From: Azolla caroliniana
Lineage: Eukaryota; Plantae; Polypodiophyta
Length of the DNA: 64,000 nt
Direction of reading: 5' to 3'
Assembly: GCA_043228905.1 (NCBI GenBank)
Contig: JBHGNT010000001.1
Span: forward strand, 32,488,001-32,552,000
Shown here: positions 1-11,062 of the stretch, piece after piece
Layout of the letters: every line of letters begins with the position of its first letter
Numbering within the stretch: the stretch's first letter is position 1
The notes under the pieces: model-generated
What the model saw: only the letters and a program-made list of their open reading frames with translations
The model's database searches: none
Told to the model about the DNA's origin: nothing
Translations under genes and position numbers: made by a program

Positions 1-292
1 CGTCCGGTCTTCGATAAGGTCTTCTTCGACTACCCTCTCAGCATTCCCAAGGTGTCGTCGAAGGAGACTGCCTCCACGGCTCCGTTGATTTCTTCGTCAG
101 GGCCGAGAACTCCGCACGCCCGAAGTCTCCCCTCCGTCTTTGTTTTCTCTCGGCCGGCGATGCCGACCATCGTACATGCTCCGCTGTCGGAGAAGCAAAA
201 TTTCCTACCTATTGTACACGGTTTTATCGTACAGATGTGGGGTTTTCCCGGAGCATCCGGACTGTCGCGGCCCCACGCCTTGGCAGTCCTCT

Positions 293-2419
293 CTAAAAAT
301 CCTCTCGGTTTTCGGAACCGAGGGAGTCGCGGTTACGTTCGTGGTTCGGCCGTACCGTCAGAAACTGGACCGAATGGCGCCCGTCTTGGCTTTTGACCCT
401 CGCGTAGGCCGAACCATTGTCCAGCACCTTGGTCTCCATCCGCGCCGCCGTGATGTACGGCTCTCCCAGTATGACCGGATGCGAAGACGTCTCCTGCACG
501 AAGAAGTGCTGGTCAATCTCGACGTCGCCGATCTTGACTCGCACATTCGGACAGGCCCCGTGCAGCTCCTCGGTGGCGCGCGTTGCCGCCCTTATTTTCC
601 ACCCGTGCTTGGTGTTGATCGGCCATTTGCCCTTCTTATAGAAGTCCATGGACATCAAGTTGATCTCCGATCCGTGGTCCACCAAAGCTATCACCGGTTC
701 CTGGACATCGCCGATCTTCACCGGGGTTTCCGTGGTCGCTCGGGCCCAGTGTGGTCTCGAATAGTGGCTTTCCGCCCACTCGTCTCCCAGCGCTATGTCG
801 TCTAGGTGCGTCGTCTGCACTCCCACTGGTCTTTCCGGTTCTGTCTCCGTTGACAGCCTCTTCCGTTTCACCAAGTCCACGATGGAGTCGTGGAACTCCT
901 TCTTGGCGATTCCCAGCACCTCTCGTAACGACAGCTCCACCTTGCTGTCGAGGATCCGTTCCTCCAGGACCTTTCGTAAGTCCGTGGTCCTTTCTATCTC
1001 CGTCCCCAGACGGTACCCGCCCTTCTGGGGTTTATCTTTCGTACCGGCCCCGCCGGCTTCGTCCCGTCGTGGCCCGGACCGGGTCTCGTATCGTTGCGAG
1101 GGCCCGGTCGTCCCGGGTTTCCCCACCCGCTTCTCTTCTACCAGAGCCTCGTAGTTCTGGCAAGCGGCTTCCACGAAGCCCGTCCTTTCCTCGACCGGGT
1201 CGCTCCACCCGGTCATCTCCCGTACCCGTTTCTCCGCGCGGTCCGATTCCTCCCCTTTTAGCCTTGCACCGGCAAGGCCTCCCAGCATCGTCGGCCAGAA
1301 TCCGGCTTTGCTTTCCCTTCGGGCCTCGCCGCCCCCGACTCGAATGCCGGCCGACGCCGAGTAGTGGACGGTTTCCGCGTGTCGGGCCGCCGCCTCTTCC
1401 ATCAACCTTTTCATACCACCTCGCCCGTCGTTTCGGCTCAGGGCCCTTCGGGTGTCGCTGGCATGCACCCGCCCTTCCCACAGGTACACCACCCTGTCCC
1501 TTAGCGCCTCCGCGAAGTCGCCGCAGTCCTTCCGAATGTGGCCGACTTCATCGCACCACATGCACCTGTTTCCTGCCGCCGGCCGTCGGTCACGAGCCGG
1601 TTCGCCACCTTCCCTTCGGGCTTGCGCGATTTGGAGGTCCTTTACCGCCCTCGTCAATTCCTCCAGCGCCGCTCCTCCGGTTGAGCCTCTGACTACGCCG
1701 GTCGAAGCCGAACCGGTTTCCAACCACTCTCGGGTCTCTTCCTTTCGCACCTGCGGCGCTGGTTCGAACTTCCTTGCTGCGACCGAGCCCGACCCGGTTA
1801 CCCCGTTATCCGCCCATTCTCGCCGTTTGTCGAAACGGCCACAGACTTTCTTGACAGCCGCCCAGTCGGTAGTGAGCCCGTCTTCGGTTTCCAGCAAGAG
1901 GCCCACTTGCTCCCGATCCCGCTCGTCGACCGACTTGACAAACAGCAAGACCCGGCTCGTGTCCAGGATGGATCGGTCGAGCGCCGAAAGGCGCGCAAAG
2001 TTTTCCTCGAACTCCCGGAGGAGTGCCGACGCGTTTCTTCCCTTCCCCGGGGACTCCACCCATTCCATGAACCTTCGCTTCGAAAGCCGGAGCGCGTCGT
2101 CCAGCCCGTATTTCTCTAGGAGCCGACCTTCGAACTCCTCCCAGGTACGGCTCTCCGCCCGCACCTCGAGCACCTCCGCATGGATGCTCGGCATTGCTAC
2201 TCGGGGAAATCCGGCAAGACGCCTTTCTTCCGGAATGTCCCGCATCAGCATTTCTGCACCGTAGGACGCCAGATACTTCGTGGCATCCCTCCCATCGAAC
2301 CGGCCGATCGTGCCGACGACCGCCTCGATAGCTCTGTCGAGGGCACCGGTGCCCTCGCGCGCATTTACAATCCGATCCACGGCCGAAGCCATGGCCTCTG
2401 CAAGATCCGACCCCCTCAT
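293..2419 (-). CDS. gag: Gag-aspartic protease polyprotein, copy A
   Basis: CCHC knuckle CMWCDEVGHIRKDC and protease motif ALVDHGSEINLM. The track's GTG start (2446) lies in the PBS, so the first ATG (2419) is used. Confidence 0.9.
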   Translation of the reverse strand: MRGSDLAEAMASAVDRIVNAREGTGALDRAIEAVVGTIGRFDGRDATKYLASYGAEMLMRDIPEERRLAGFPRVAMPSIHAEVLEVRAESRTWEEFEGRLLEKYGLDDALRLSKRRFMEWVESPGKGRNASALLREFEENFARLSALDRSILDTSRVLLFVKSVDERDREQVGLLLETEDGLTTDWAAVKKVCGRFDKRREWADNGVTGSGSVAARKFEPAPQVRKEETREWLETGSASTGVVRGSTGGAALEELTRAVKDLQIAQARREGGEPARDRRPAAGNRCMWCDEVGHIRKDCGDFAEALRDRVVYLWEGRVHASDTRRALSRNDGRGGMKRLMEEAAARHAETVHYSASAGIRVGGGEARRESKAGFWPTMLGGLAGARLKGEESDRAEKRVREMTGWSDPVEERTGFVEAACQNYEALVEEKRVGKPGTTGPSQRYETRSGPRRDEAGGAGTKDKPQKGGYRLGTEIERTTDLRKVLEERILDSKVELSLREVLGIAKKEFHDSIVDLVKRKRLSTETEPERPVGVQTTHLDDIALGDEWAESHYSRPHWARATTETPVKIGDVQEPVIALVDHGSEINLMSMDFYKKGKWPINTKHGWKIRAATRATEELHGACPNVRVKIGDVEIDQHFFVQETSSHPVILGEPYITAARMETKVLDNGSAYARVKSQDGRHSVQFLTVRPNHERNRDSLGSENREDF

Positions 2420-2441
2420 CTTCTGCTCTTCTGCCGCCTCT

Positions 2442-2459
2442 TTCACGTCGGGTTCACCA
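2442..2459 (-). promoter_or_regulatory. Primer binding site complementary to the 3' end of tRNA-Trp
   Basis: TGGTGAACCCGACGTGAA is the reverse complement of the plant cytosolic tRNA-Trp end TTCACGTCGGGTTCA-CCA (recalled sequence). The same 18-mer occurs at 8439-8456, 18527-18544, 20111-20128 and 38495-38512. Confidence 0.85.
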
Positions 2460-2463
2460 AAGA

Positions 2464-3256
2464 TGTCTAGATATTACGCAAGTGCGTGTGGAAACGAGGC
2501 GGGACCGCGGGGGTCTCGAACCAAAGAGCAAGCGAGGGAAGAGAAAGAGGGAGAACCGGCTACGCAGGACCGGGGATACACATGGACACGGCCCTTCAGC
2601 ACGGGGAACGCGGACAGACACCGACACAGACAGATGCGAATGACTAAATATGTATATTAAGAAAAATGGCTAGCACGACTACAACCCCCGATGGGGCACA
2701 GGTTGGTTACAACCGAACAGGCCGGCGAACAGATGCCGATGCCTGTTCGCTTCGACACACAAAGGCGGTAGCAGGTCGGAGGTGCTGCCGGAAGCACTCG
2801 GGCGTTCCTCGAAACAGCGCGAGCCTCCTCGGAACCCTGCACAGAAAGCTATGGAGCTCAAGAAGGAAGGAAACAGAGAGAGAAGCGTCCAGAAACGGTC
2901 CGACAGCACTTCGTCCTCTCTGCGCGAGATGCCTGCAACAGCTCTTTCCTGCTCCTTATATAGGCCGACGAGCAGGCCGTCATGTCAGCTTTATTCCCTG
3001 TCCCTTTCGAACAGGGATCCGCTCCGTTCTTCACGCATCCGCGTAGTTACGCCGCCGACTCGTACAGTTCCTTAGCTCGCGCGCGCGACCGAAAAGACTG
3101 TTCGCGCGGTCTTTGTCTCCACTTGTGTTAGGGCCCGTTCCTGCCGATTATCCTCCTAATTCGCTTCTATGTACAACTTGGAGCGTGCGCGTGTGAAGAA
3201 CCGGTTCCCACGCCTTGGTGCGCCGATTATGCTTATGGACGGTTTTCTTCACGACA
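2464..3256 (-). repeat. 5' LTR of copy A (A-type, 793 bp, chimeric)
   Basis: Minus strand reads TGTCGTGAAG...ATCTAGACA; homologous to the LTRs of A', E and F. Confidence 0.95.
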
Positions 3257-4029
3257 GCGGAGAAGGCCGGAAAGGGATCTTCCACACCGTTCCGGAGACC
3301 ATGGCGGTTCGAGCCGACGCGGCGATGTAAGACCATGGAGAAGGAAGGTGGCGGCGGAAGGACGAAGGCGACACGAAACACCATCGGGACATCACGATTC
3401 GACAACGGAGGCCAAGCGGGCTGCCACGGGCATTCCTCTAGTGGAGGACATCGGGCATACGGCGGGAAGCGGGGCGTTCATACGGCCGAACAAGGGCCAA
3501 CGGAAGAACGCGTGCTATGGAGATCGCGGCAGAGGACCCATCGACGGGTCGAACGAGCCTACGGGGAGGCGAGCGCGAAGGAAGACTCGAAACCGCCGGA
3601 TCAAACCGGCAGCGAGCCGAGATGCGGATCACGGGAGACCGGTTTCTCACCGGCCGAAATCTCTCACCCTTCAACCAGATTGGCACGTATCGGTGGACGT
3701 GCAGTTAGGTGGGGGCAGATGTCGTGAAGAATTTCGACCATAGGCGAAAACCGGGAAACATTGTCTACATCGGCGGGGTGCAGCGTGTGTACGCACCCAT
3801 GTACATTTGGTGTGAATATCGAGGGCGCCTTTATGGCGCCGAAGAGTAGTCAAGTCGGGACAGACGATCCCATGAAAGTCGGGATTTGTCCCACATTGTA
3901 ACGCATCCCTCTCCTTGTTCTATAAAAGGGAGGGAACACCCTTTGTAAAAGGGTTGCCCATTTTGGATTAGAGGGTATACCAGTAGGTTTAGGGTTAGGT
4001 TTCTTCTGCTTCTTCTTCTTCCCCTTCGT
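3257..4029 (+). repeat. Duplicate of element B 3' internal region, PPT and truncated LTR-B (copy of 9254-10026)
   Basis: Matches 9254-10026 at offset 5997 with no difference seen by eye. LTR-B starts at 3720 and breaks at 4029. Confidence 0.9.
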
Positions 4030-4030
4030 A

Positions 4031-7000
4031 ATGGCGAAAATCGAAGCCGAAGAATGGCTTATTGCGGGGTCGGGCCCGAGCGGATCGGAGGACGCGGAGG
4101 AAGGAGCTTCCTCACACATGGAGGACGGGGCCTATGCGGAGGCCGAAAGAGAATGGTACATCGGTACCACGGGAGAGGGTGCGGAGCGAACCGCCCTCTC
4201 GACATGGGGGAAAAGAACGACCGAGGACGAGGTCGGGGACGGTGAGGCGGCGATCGCCGATTCGAGCGGACATGGCGGATTCGGGACATGGTGGCCCGAA
4301 TCATCGAGTACGGAGGAGACAAGCGGCGGTACCGCAACCTTCCACGCACCGGTTCAAGAGGCCCCGGCGGCCGGCCCGAGCGCCCGCGTGAGACCGAGGG
4401 AAAAGAACGGTGGCGGCGGCAAGGCGGGCAACCGAGACAACGGTAAGGAGACCGCGGAAGAGGCGGCGGCAAGCATAACCGATGCTTGCATATACGGAGG
4501 CGGGGCAGCCACGGACAACGACGTCCGAGCGGAGGTGGCTACGGACATTACATCGGCGAGCAGCGGTTCCGCGACCTTACACGCGTCATTCCTAGAGATC
4601 TCGGCGGCCGGCCCGAGTGCCCGCGTAAGACCTATGGTGAAAGGCGGTGGCGGTGGCAAGGCGGGCGACCACGGCGTCGACACGAGAGAAGGTGCGGAGC
4701 AAGCGACCGTCTCATCTCGGGGAAAAAGAACGACCATGGATGAGGCCGATATCTACGGAGCGATGGACGCCACTTCGAGAGAGGGCGGAAGTTTCGGGAC
4801 GCGGTTGCCCGAAACGTTCTACGAGGATTTCGCGAGCATACTCGAGGCTTGCGAAATGGAGGAGGAAGACGAAACGAGCGATGGTGTCGCGACCTTCCAC
4901 ACACCGGCCCTAGAGGCTTCGGCGGTCGGCCCGAGTGCCGGCACGAGACCTAGAGCTACGGACGGTGGCGGCGGCAAGGCGGACAACCGAGATGAGGACG
5001 AGACCGGCGAAGAAGAGGCGGCGGCAAGCATACTCGATGCTTGCGAAACCGAAGACGGGGTAGCCACGGACGACGATGTCCGAATGGAGGTGGCTACGGA
5101 CGAGAGGAGTGGTGGTGTCGCGACCTTCCACACACAGGTCCTAGAGACTCCGGCACCCGGCCCGAGAGCCGGCGAGAGGCCTAGAGTGACGGACGGTGGC
5201 GGCGGCAAGGCGGGCAACCGAAACGACGACGACATGGGAGAGGGTGCGGAGCGAGCAACCCTCTCGTCTTGCGGCGAATGGACGGCCAAGGATGAGGCCG
5301 GTGACTACAAAGCGGAGAGCGCCACTTCGAAAGTGGGCGGAAGATTCGGGGCACGGCGGCCCAAAACATCGAGCGGAGAGGAGGCGAGCGGTGGTGCCGC
5401 GACCTTCCACACACCGGCCCTAGAGGCTTCGGCGGTCGGCCCGAGTGCCGGCACGAGACCTAGAACGACGGGCGGCAAGGCGGCAAGGCGGGCAAACAAA
5501 ATGACGCAGAGAACGGCGAAGAAGAGGTGGTGGCCAGCATACTAGAGGCTTACGGAATCGGAGATGGGGGAGCCGCGGACAACGACGTCCGAACGAAAGC
5601 GGCTACGGAGACAACAAGCGGCGGTGCCGGGTCCTTACCCACACCAATCCTAGAGGCTCCAATGGCCGGCCCGAGTGCCGGCATGAGGCTTAGTGCGACG
5701 GGAGGTGACGACGGCAAGGCGGGCAACGGAAACGAGAAGGAAGATTGGAGCGGACGGAGGCAAGACCCCTTGACACCGGGGCCGGAGACTTCGGTGGTTG
5801 TGCTCGAATGCCAACGTGAGACCGGAGAGATGGGCGGTGACCGTGAGGAGGTGAGGCCCGGAGAGAGCGCATACGAAGACGAGTATGCGGGGCCCGGAAT
5901 GGGCGTATACGGTGGGTCCGACGGAGAGGACCGGAGCGGAAACGAGGAGAGAGTCGGGAACCGACCCGACCGGAATACGGCACGGAAGAAGAAGAGAGTA
6001 AGGGCCGGCGAACCGGGCCCAAACCGAAGGAAGCCGGCAAGACCGATTGGCCGGTTACGGTTACGGTTACGGTTACGATGGGAGCCGGTAAGCGCGAGAT
6101 GGAGGCTAACCGGGCACGACGACCATGGTTCGGGGGGAAAACGGAAACAAACGAGACCCTCCATACCCACTCTAGAGACTACGGCGGTTGCGGATCAACA
6201 TAAGACCGGAGAGACGGCGGGTGGCGGCGAGGAGTCGGAGGCCGGAGCGTACGAGGTTACCGGAACGGATATCCGTTACGAGATGGTGGACGGGTGGGTC
6301 CAAGACGGCGAGCCCGTGTCGGAACGGGCTACGGTGACAAAGGAGGAGAAGACCGACACGGAGGTCGGGTCTACGGCGGAAGAGCGAGACGAGATGCATG
6401 CAATACGGCCGATGGAGGGCCAAGACACAAGCATGCCTACGAAGGAGCCAAGCGACCGAAGATGACGGTCGGATCACGCCTTCGAGAGGCGAATACGAGG
6501 AGGAAGGCGGCGATGACAAGACCTGGCACGATGCTAGGGAAGATTGGTGGGAAGAGGTGGCCTACGGAGAGGCTAAGACCGGCGGCCACGAAGATAAGGC
6601 CCGAGAGGGATCCTCCACACCGGCTATAGAGACTCTGGCGGTCGGCGCGAGTGCCGACGTGAGACCAAGAGTGGCGGACGGTGGCGGCGAGGGGACGAAG
6701 GCCACAACGGATGAAGGCACCGAGAGAGGCATATGGGAGGTCGCGGAGAACGAAGATGTATGCGCCCAAAAGAACGAACACGACATCACGAAGGATGTGT
6801 GCGGTCGAGCGGGCCAAGAGGGCCAAGAGGGTGTTCCTCCGAGCGAAACGGAGGTCGGGGAAGAAAGGTACCTTTCCGAAAGGGTACGCGAAGAGGAGCG
6901 GAATGCGAAACGTGCAATGCGGCCGCATGAGGGCCAAGCAACGAGCACGGGAACGATGGTATGCTCTACGGCGAGAGAGCGCGGCAAGCAAAGGGAAGGC

Positions 7001-7531
7001 GAAAAATGCGTGATGGGGTCATCGAAGGACCGAAGCACGAGCACGCATTCGGAGGACAACACCAACGTACGGGGAAAGCCTACGGAAGGCAAGCGCAGAG
7101 CGAGAAGAGTCGGCACGACGAGGTGCGCGGCACGAAAAAGGCGGATCCGGAGGATATGCGAGGCGGACAAAGGGTCGGCAACGACGTTCGGGAGGACCGA
7201 ACGGGGAGGAAAGCGCGGGCATCGGATATGGCGGTCCGAGTGTAGTCGGTGGTTCGAGGAAACACGGTGGACGTGGCGGATCAGGTGGAGGCAACGACTC
7301 GGCGAGCATCGTCGAGTGTGGCGGATCGGATGGAGCCGACGGTTCGAGACCATTCGGCGGAGATGGTGGGCCGGAAGGCGACGGTGGTTCGTGTGGACGG
7401 GGTGGACTTGCTCGAAGTGGAAGACGAAGCCGGGCAAGCCCACGAGGTTGTCAAGGGCTCGGTTGGCCGCCTTGGCCGAAAATCTCGCGTTTTGTTCCCC
7501 TTTTGGCACATACCGGTGGATGTGCGGTTAG
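4031..7531 (+). pseudogene. Possible extra ORF or Pol C-terminal extension of element C: acidic repetitive protein broken by two frameshifts
   Basis: Three overlapping ORFs (4031-5545, 5527-6465, 6398-7531) share repeated peptides such as ATFHTPALEASAVGPSA and GGGGKAGNR. Frames switch near 5475 and 6455. Confidence 0.45.
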
Positions 7532-7542
7532 GTGGGGGCGGA

Positions 7543-8215
7543 TGTCGTGAAGATTTTCGTCCATAGGCGGAAAACCGAGCGAAGCAAGCAAACCCGCGAT
7601 GTGCAACGTTGCACATCAACATGTTGTATTTCTATTTATCGATAGTGATAAGTATGGTGCTAGAAATGCACCTTAGGATTTGTAAAGTGTAAAGGTGATG
7701 TGCTTTTGCGCGCACATCCACGTGAGAGAGAGAGATAGGTACGTGGTAGTTCGTGTAGAGGTGGGAGTTAAGACCCATCCTTCCCACCTCCCCTAAAATC
7801 AAGGGAAATATCCCCATTGATTGAAAGGGGATATTTTGTAGCACCCTTTTGTAAACGGTCTTCTCTCCTTGTGCTATAAAAGGGGAGGAAGAGCACCATT
7901 GTGGGGGTTGCCTTATTTTGGAGTGTGAGTGAGGTATACCTTTCGTTTTAGGGTTAGGGTTTCTTTTCTTCTTCGTCGGATTAGGGTTTCGGGTTTATCA
8001 TAGTCGTTTGGTGCGGCCTACGCGGCCGCCATTTTTGTAATCGGTTTTCGGTTCTAGTATATCTTGTTGAGCATTTGGCCTCCATCTTCCTCTTGTTCTT
8101 TCTTTCTCTTCTTGTGCTAAGCTCCATTCCGAAGTCCTATTCCTTCCCCCCTTCTCCTTAGTCCAAGACCCCCGTGGTTCCGCCCTTCTCCACGCACTTG
8201 CGAAATATCTCGACA
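7543..8215 (+). repeat. 3' LTR of element C (C-type, 673 bp)
   Basis: TGTCG...CGACA termini, CTATAAAA at 7874, and the U5 end motif shared with the other LTR types. Confidence 0.9.
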
Positions 8216-9253
8216 ACGCCTTTCTTCCGGAATGTCCCGCATCAGCATCTTTGCACCGTAGGACGCCAAATACTTTGTGGCATCCTTCCCATCGAACCGG
8301 CTGATCGTGCCGACGACCGCCTCAATAGCTCTGTCGAGGGCACCGGTGCCCTCGCGCGCGTTTACAATCCGATCCACGGCCGAAGCCATGGCCTCTGCAA
8401 GATCCGACCCCCTCATCTTCTGCTCTTCTGCCGCCTCCTTCACGTCGGGTTCACCAAAGATGTCGAGATATTACGCAAGTGCGTGTGGAAACGAGGCGGG
8501 ACCGCGGGGGTCTCGAACCAAAGAGCAAGCGAGGGAGGAGAAAGAGAGAGAACCTGCTACGCAGGACCGGGGATACACAGGGACACGGCCCTTCAGCACG
8601 GAGAACGCGAACAGACACCGACACAAACAAATGCGAATGACTAAATATGTATATTAACAAAATGGCTAACACGACTACAACCCTCGATGGGGCACAGGTT
8701 GGTTACAACCGAACAGGCCGGCGAACAGATGCCGATGCCTGTTCGCTTCGACGCACAAAGGGGGGTAGCAGGTCGGAGGTGCTGCCGGAAGCACTCGGGC
8801 GTTCCTCGAAACAGCGCGAGCCTCCTCGGAACCCTGCACAGAAAGCTATGGAGCTCAAGAAGGAAGGAAACAGAGAGAGAAGCGTCCAGAAACGGTCCGA
8901 CAGCACTTCGTCCTCTCTGCGCGAGATGCCTGCAACAGCTCTTTCCTGCTCCTTATATAGGCCGACGAGCAGGCCGTCATGTCAGCTTTATTCCCTGTCC
9001 CTTTCGAACAGGGATCCGCTCCGTTCTTCACGCATCCGCGTAGTTACGCCGCCGACTCGTACAGTTCCTTAGCTCGCGCGCGCGACCGAAAAGACTGTTC
9101 GCGCGGTCTTTGTCTCCACTTGTGTTAGGGCCCGTTCCTGCCGATTATCCTCCTAATTCGCTTCTATGTACAACTTGGAGCGTGCGCGCGTGAAGAACCG
9201 GTTCCCACGCCTTGGTGCGCCGATTATGCTTATGGACGGTTTTCTTCACGACA
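8216..9253 (-). mobile_element. Copy A': 5' LTR (8461-9253), PBS (8439-8456) and gag 5' end, interrupted by element C
   Basis: Gag N-terminus MRGSDLAEAMASAVDR...PEERR stops at the LTR-C junction. Confidence 0.92.
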
Positions 9254-10460
9254 GCGGAGAAGGCCGGAAAGGGATCTTCCACACCGTTCCGGAGACCATG
9301 GCGGTTCGAGCCGACGCGGCGATGTAAGACCATGGAGAAGGAAGGTGGCGGCGGAAGGACGAAGGCGACACGAAACACCATCGGGACATCACGATTCGAC
9401 AACGGAGGCCAAGCGGGCTGCCACGGGCATTCCTCTAGTGGAGGACATCGGGCATACGGCGGGAAGCGGGGCGTTCATACGGCCGAACAAGGGCCAACGG
9501 AAGAACGCGTGCTATGGAGATCGCGGCAGAGGACCCATCGACGGGTCGAACGAGCCTACGGGGAGGCGAGCGCGAAGGAAGACTCGAAACCGCCGGATCA
9601 AACCGGCAGCGAGCCGAGATGCGGATCACGGGAGACCGGTTTCTCACCGGCCGAAATCTCTCACCCTTCAACCAGATTGGCACGTATCGGTGGACGTGCA
9701 GTTAGGTGGGGGCAGATGTCGTGAAGAATTTCGACCATAGGCGAAAACCGGGAAACATTGTCTACATCGGCGGGGTGCAGCGTGTGTACGCACCCATGTA
9801 CATTTGGTGTGAATATCGAGGGCGCCTTTATGGCGCCGAAGAGTAGTCAAGTCGGGACAGACGATCCCATGAAAGTCGGGATTTGTCCCACATTGTAACG
9901 CATCCCTCTCCTTGTTCTATAAAAGGGAGGGAACACCCTTTGTAAAAGGGTTGCCCATTTTGGATTAGAGGGTATACCAGTAGGTTTAGGGTTAGGTTTC
10001 TTCTGCTTCTTCTTCTTCCCCTTCGTGTTCGTTTAGGGTTGGCTGCAGCTTATCTCCTATGCAAGACCCCGCTCGGCGCGACGAGCCCGAGAGCTCCCCG
10101 ACGGCGGCTTGACAACAGACGACTGTTGTAAACTATCCTGGTCCGGCTCGAAGCCGGGAGTGTATTCTTCTTATATATATACATATACGTTTGCGTCTGT
10201 CTGTGTATATTGGCGTCTTGTTGGTGTCGGGTGCTCCCCTCCTTCCCTGCGTTTCCTGTACAAGAGGGTGTGTGTGTGTGCGCGCGCGTGAGTCGGTGTC
10301 AAGCACGCTCTCTCACTCCCTCTCTCTCTTCGGCTGCTTCCGGTGCGTTTCAGGGGTGCCCTAGAAAACGATGAAGTGCGACTTCCTACGCTCCGTCGCT
10401 CCCTAGTCCAAGACCCCTGTGGTCCCGCCTTTCTCCACGCACGCGCGTAACAACGCGACA
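9254..10460 (+). mobile_element. Element B: 3' internal region, PPT and 3' LTR (9717-10460)
   Basis: Hairpin 9680-9699, PPT TTAGGTGGGGGCAGA, LTR TGTCGTGAAG...CGCGACA. ACGT and AT-rich host DNA follow. Confidence 0.88.
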
Positions 10461-11031
10461 ACGTGGAGTTTATCTTTTCGTCTCTATTTATTGTCATTGT
10501 TGATGATTTGCTTCAATATGTCTTGCAACATCTTGCTCATCGAATTTGCTTGTCTATTTGTTTGTGTGTGCTTGCATTATACTATGCTCGTGGATAATGA
10601 CATTACAGGTTTTGAGGTTCCACGTGATTTGATTGATAAAATGGCTTCCTTGGTCACTTACTATTGTGATTAGACAACTAAACTAACATGAAATGTTCTC
10701 ATATTGGGTGAACACAATTGAGAATGATATGTTGGCTCAGAGGTGCTTTAGCTTCCACTCATTTTGTGCAATCATGAGTTCCAACCCTCCAATATGCAGT
10801 GATTGTTTAATATAGGCCATGGGTGGGGTGAAGGGAAGAACAAAATGAAGGCCCGAATTCTAGAATGACTTTAACTATAGGAGGGTTTCCTAGGTGAAAC
10901 CTATGTGAAGCCTTAAATGGGTGGGAGAATGTAGCAACAACATGCCTCACAAATTCTCAAGAAGAAGGAAGAATTATCAATTGCAAGTGGTTGTTTGCAT
11001 CATTTAAATAGATAAAACTACGGTAAGTTCA

Positions 11032-11033
<2 letters not shown>

Positions 11034-11061
<28 letters not shown>
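11034..11061. repeat. (TG)n microsatellite
   Basis: Seen directly. Confidence 0.95.

Positions 11062-11062
<1 letters not shown>

Larger units (their letters stand above)
1..3256 (-). mobile_element. Ty3/gypsy LTR retrotransposon copy A (5' LTR, PBS, gag-protease, start of pol; continues left of the window)
   Basis: Gag-PR protein is near-identical to intact copies E and F; 5' LTR at 2464-3256; PBS at 2442-2459. Confidence 0.95.
4030..8215 (+). mobile_element. Ty3/gypsy element C: long repetitive 3' internal region, PPT and 3' LTR
   Basis: Ends with hairpin 7506-7525, PPT TTAGGTGGGGGCGGA and LTR 7543-8215 (TGTCGTGAAG...CTCGACA). It interrupts the gag of A' at ACGC (8216-8219). Confidence 0.85.

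Noticed and set aside
2442-2459. Apparent tRNA-Trp gene fragment
   Set aside because: Only the 3' 18 nt including CCA, adjacent to an LTR. This is a PBS, not a tRNA gene.
3257-3260. GCGG flank of copy A as a seventh N-CG-N site
   Set aside because: It is part of the segment duplicated from the A' junction and is not independent.
6053-6077. (GGTTAC)4 as a telomeric seed
   Set aside because: Short slippage repeat that does not match TTTAGGG.
4330-6700. CRISPR-like array in the repeated region of C or the periodic repeats of G
   Set aside because: Units are long, diverged and irregular, with no constant repeat/unique spacer pattern and no cas genes, in a eukaryotic context.
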